From: a virus
Lineage: Duplodnaviria > Caudoviricetes
DNA length: 24,022 nt
IMG/VR virus record: IMGVR_UViG_3300033067_000478
Span: 1 to 24,022 of that record
Reading direction: 5' to 3' (one strand)
How positions within the stretch are numbered: the first letter of the stretch is position 1; every line of letters begins with the position of its first letter. Under the pieces are notes generated by a model. It did not search any database. It saw nothing but the letters and a program-made list of their open reading frames with translations, and was not told the DNA's origin. Of the stretch, positions 23,020-24,022 are shown piece after piece. The translations under genes were made by a program, and so were the position numbers.

Positions 23020-24022
23020 ATCTAGAACAAATGATACTATCAAACTTGCTCTTCTACAATGATGCAAGACACTTCTTACCACAAATCAATAAGAATTGGT
23101 TTACTCAAGATTTATCTCGTAGAGTTGTAGACGCGATGACAGAACTCTACTACGAGAATCAACCTGTCGACCTTGTTACTTTATCAAAGTATTTCACACG
23201 AGTAGAAGTTCTTGAGATTATTCGTATTCAACAAGAAGCAAGTGGGATGTCAAATATCAAAGTACACTTGAAGACTCTTGAGTACGAGTATATAAAGAGA
23301 ACGCTTGTCGACAGAGTTACTAACTTAAACTTGACAAAAGACTTGAGCGAGATGGTCAAAGATATTCAAAACATTCTTGAAGAGACTACATTCTCAACTC
23401 ACAAAGAGCCAGACTCAATCGTCAAAGTCACAAACAAAGTCGTTGACCAAATCATAGACAATAGTCTCAAAGGTGGTGCGCTCACAGGTAAACAAACAGG
23501 ATGGAGATATCTTGACAAATACATCGGAGGTTACAACGAAGGTGATTTGATTGTAGTAGCAGGTAGACCTGGAATGGGAAAGACTGCAATCGCTCTCACG
23601 CTCACAAAAGACTTCGCGATGTATAATCAAAAAGCGTTGTTCTTATCGCTTGAGATGTCGAATGAGCAACTCGCAAAACGATACTTGTCGTTGATTGGCA
23701 ATATCGAAAATTGGAAGATTCGAAATGGTCGTCTTGAGCGCATTGAGATTGATAATGTCATCAACGTAGCAAACAATCAATCTATCGAGTTCTTCATAGA
23801 CGACGACGTTGATACATCACTTGCACAAATCAAAGCGAAAGCGAAGTTGCACAAATCTCGCAAAGGTCTAGACTTGCTTGTCATTGACTACATTCAATTA
23901 ATCAAAGGAACAAAAGCCAATCGTGAGCAGGAGATAGCAGAAATCTCACGAGGTTTGAAACTACTTGCAAAAGAGTTGAAAATCACGGTTATCGTTCTCG
24001 CGCAATTATCTCGTAAGAGCGA
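23016..24022 (+). CDS. dnaB: DnaB-like replicative helicase (3'-truncated by window)
   Basis: Not in ORF track. MNLEQMILSNLL...TGWRYLDKYIGGYNEGDLIVVAGRPGMGKT (Walker A), FLSLEMS, LLVIDYIQLI (Walker B), NREQEIAEISRGLKLLAKEL, LAQLSR. Confidence 0.95.
   Translation, partial: MNLEQMILSNLLFYNDARHFLPQINKNWFTQDLSRRVVDAMTELYYENQPVDLVTLSKYFTRVEVLEIIRIQQEASGMSNIKVHLKTLEYEYIKRTLVDRVTNLNLTKDLSEMVKDIQNILEETTFSTHKEPDSIVKVTNKVVDQIIDNSLKGGALTGKQTGWRYLDKYIGGYNEGDLIVVAGRPGMGKTAIALTLTKDFAMYNQKALFLSLEMSNEQLAKRYLSLIGNIENWKIRNGRLERIEIDNVINVANNQSIEFFIDDDVDTSLAQIKAKAKLHKSRKGLDLLVIDYIQLIKGTKANREQEIAEISRGLKLLAKELKITVIVLAQLSRKS

Noticed and set aside
806-23630. All minus-strand ORFs in the track (e.g. 806-1126, 8585-8986, 17031-17588, 23415-23630)
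   Set aside because: They lie antisense to well-supported + strand genes, show no recognisable motifs, and have no promoter or coupling evidence.
1-24022. tRNA/rRNA genes, integrase, transposase, reverse transcriptase/DGR, alternative genetic code
   Set aside because: No such motifs or template/variable repeat pair were seen, and genes tile tightly under the standard code with TAA, TGA and TAG all used as stops.

Overview
A 24 kb piece of a tailed dsDNA phage genome (siphovirus-like, all genes on the + strand). The host is very probably a Bacteroidota bacterium: promoters are of the TTTG-N19-TAnnTTTG type and leaders are A-rich or absent, with no Shine-Dalgarno. Gene order: terminase large subunit 3' end, PAPS-reductase-like gene, tail chaperone pair with a -1 frameshift, tail tip genes, tape measure, XkdF-like protease, scaffold, major capsid, tail tube, receptor-binding module, holin-like genes, portal, head-tail genes, spanin-like pair, metallophosphoesterase, DUF3310 protein, amidase, neck protein. 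An early/replication region follows (HTH, ERF, YqaJ exonuclease, dCMP deaminase, initiator with internal iterons, DnaB). The most interesting signals are non-coding. (1) A ~55-nt intergenic unit after the capsid/tail-tube genes (about 10705-10760; promoter-like box upstream, UUCG terminator downstream) is antisense to the start-codon regions of replication genes 9-12 kb away: ERF 15/15 plus 9 more bp, DnaB 15/16, initiator 13 bp with a bulge. This suggests a multi-target phage sRNA that shuts off replication. (2) A two-hairpin RNA with a perfect 7-bp loop-loop (kissing) complement and a terminator sits in the leader of the replication initiator. (3) A phage-specific (G)CTATTT motif lies 6-7 nt before structural gene starts. 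Protein calls come from motif recognition only; no database searches were run.
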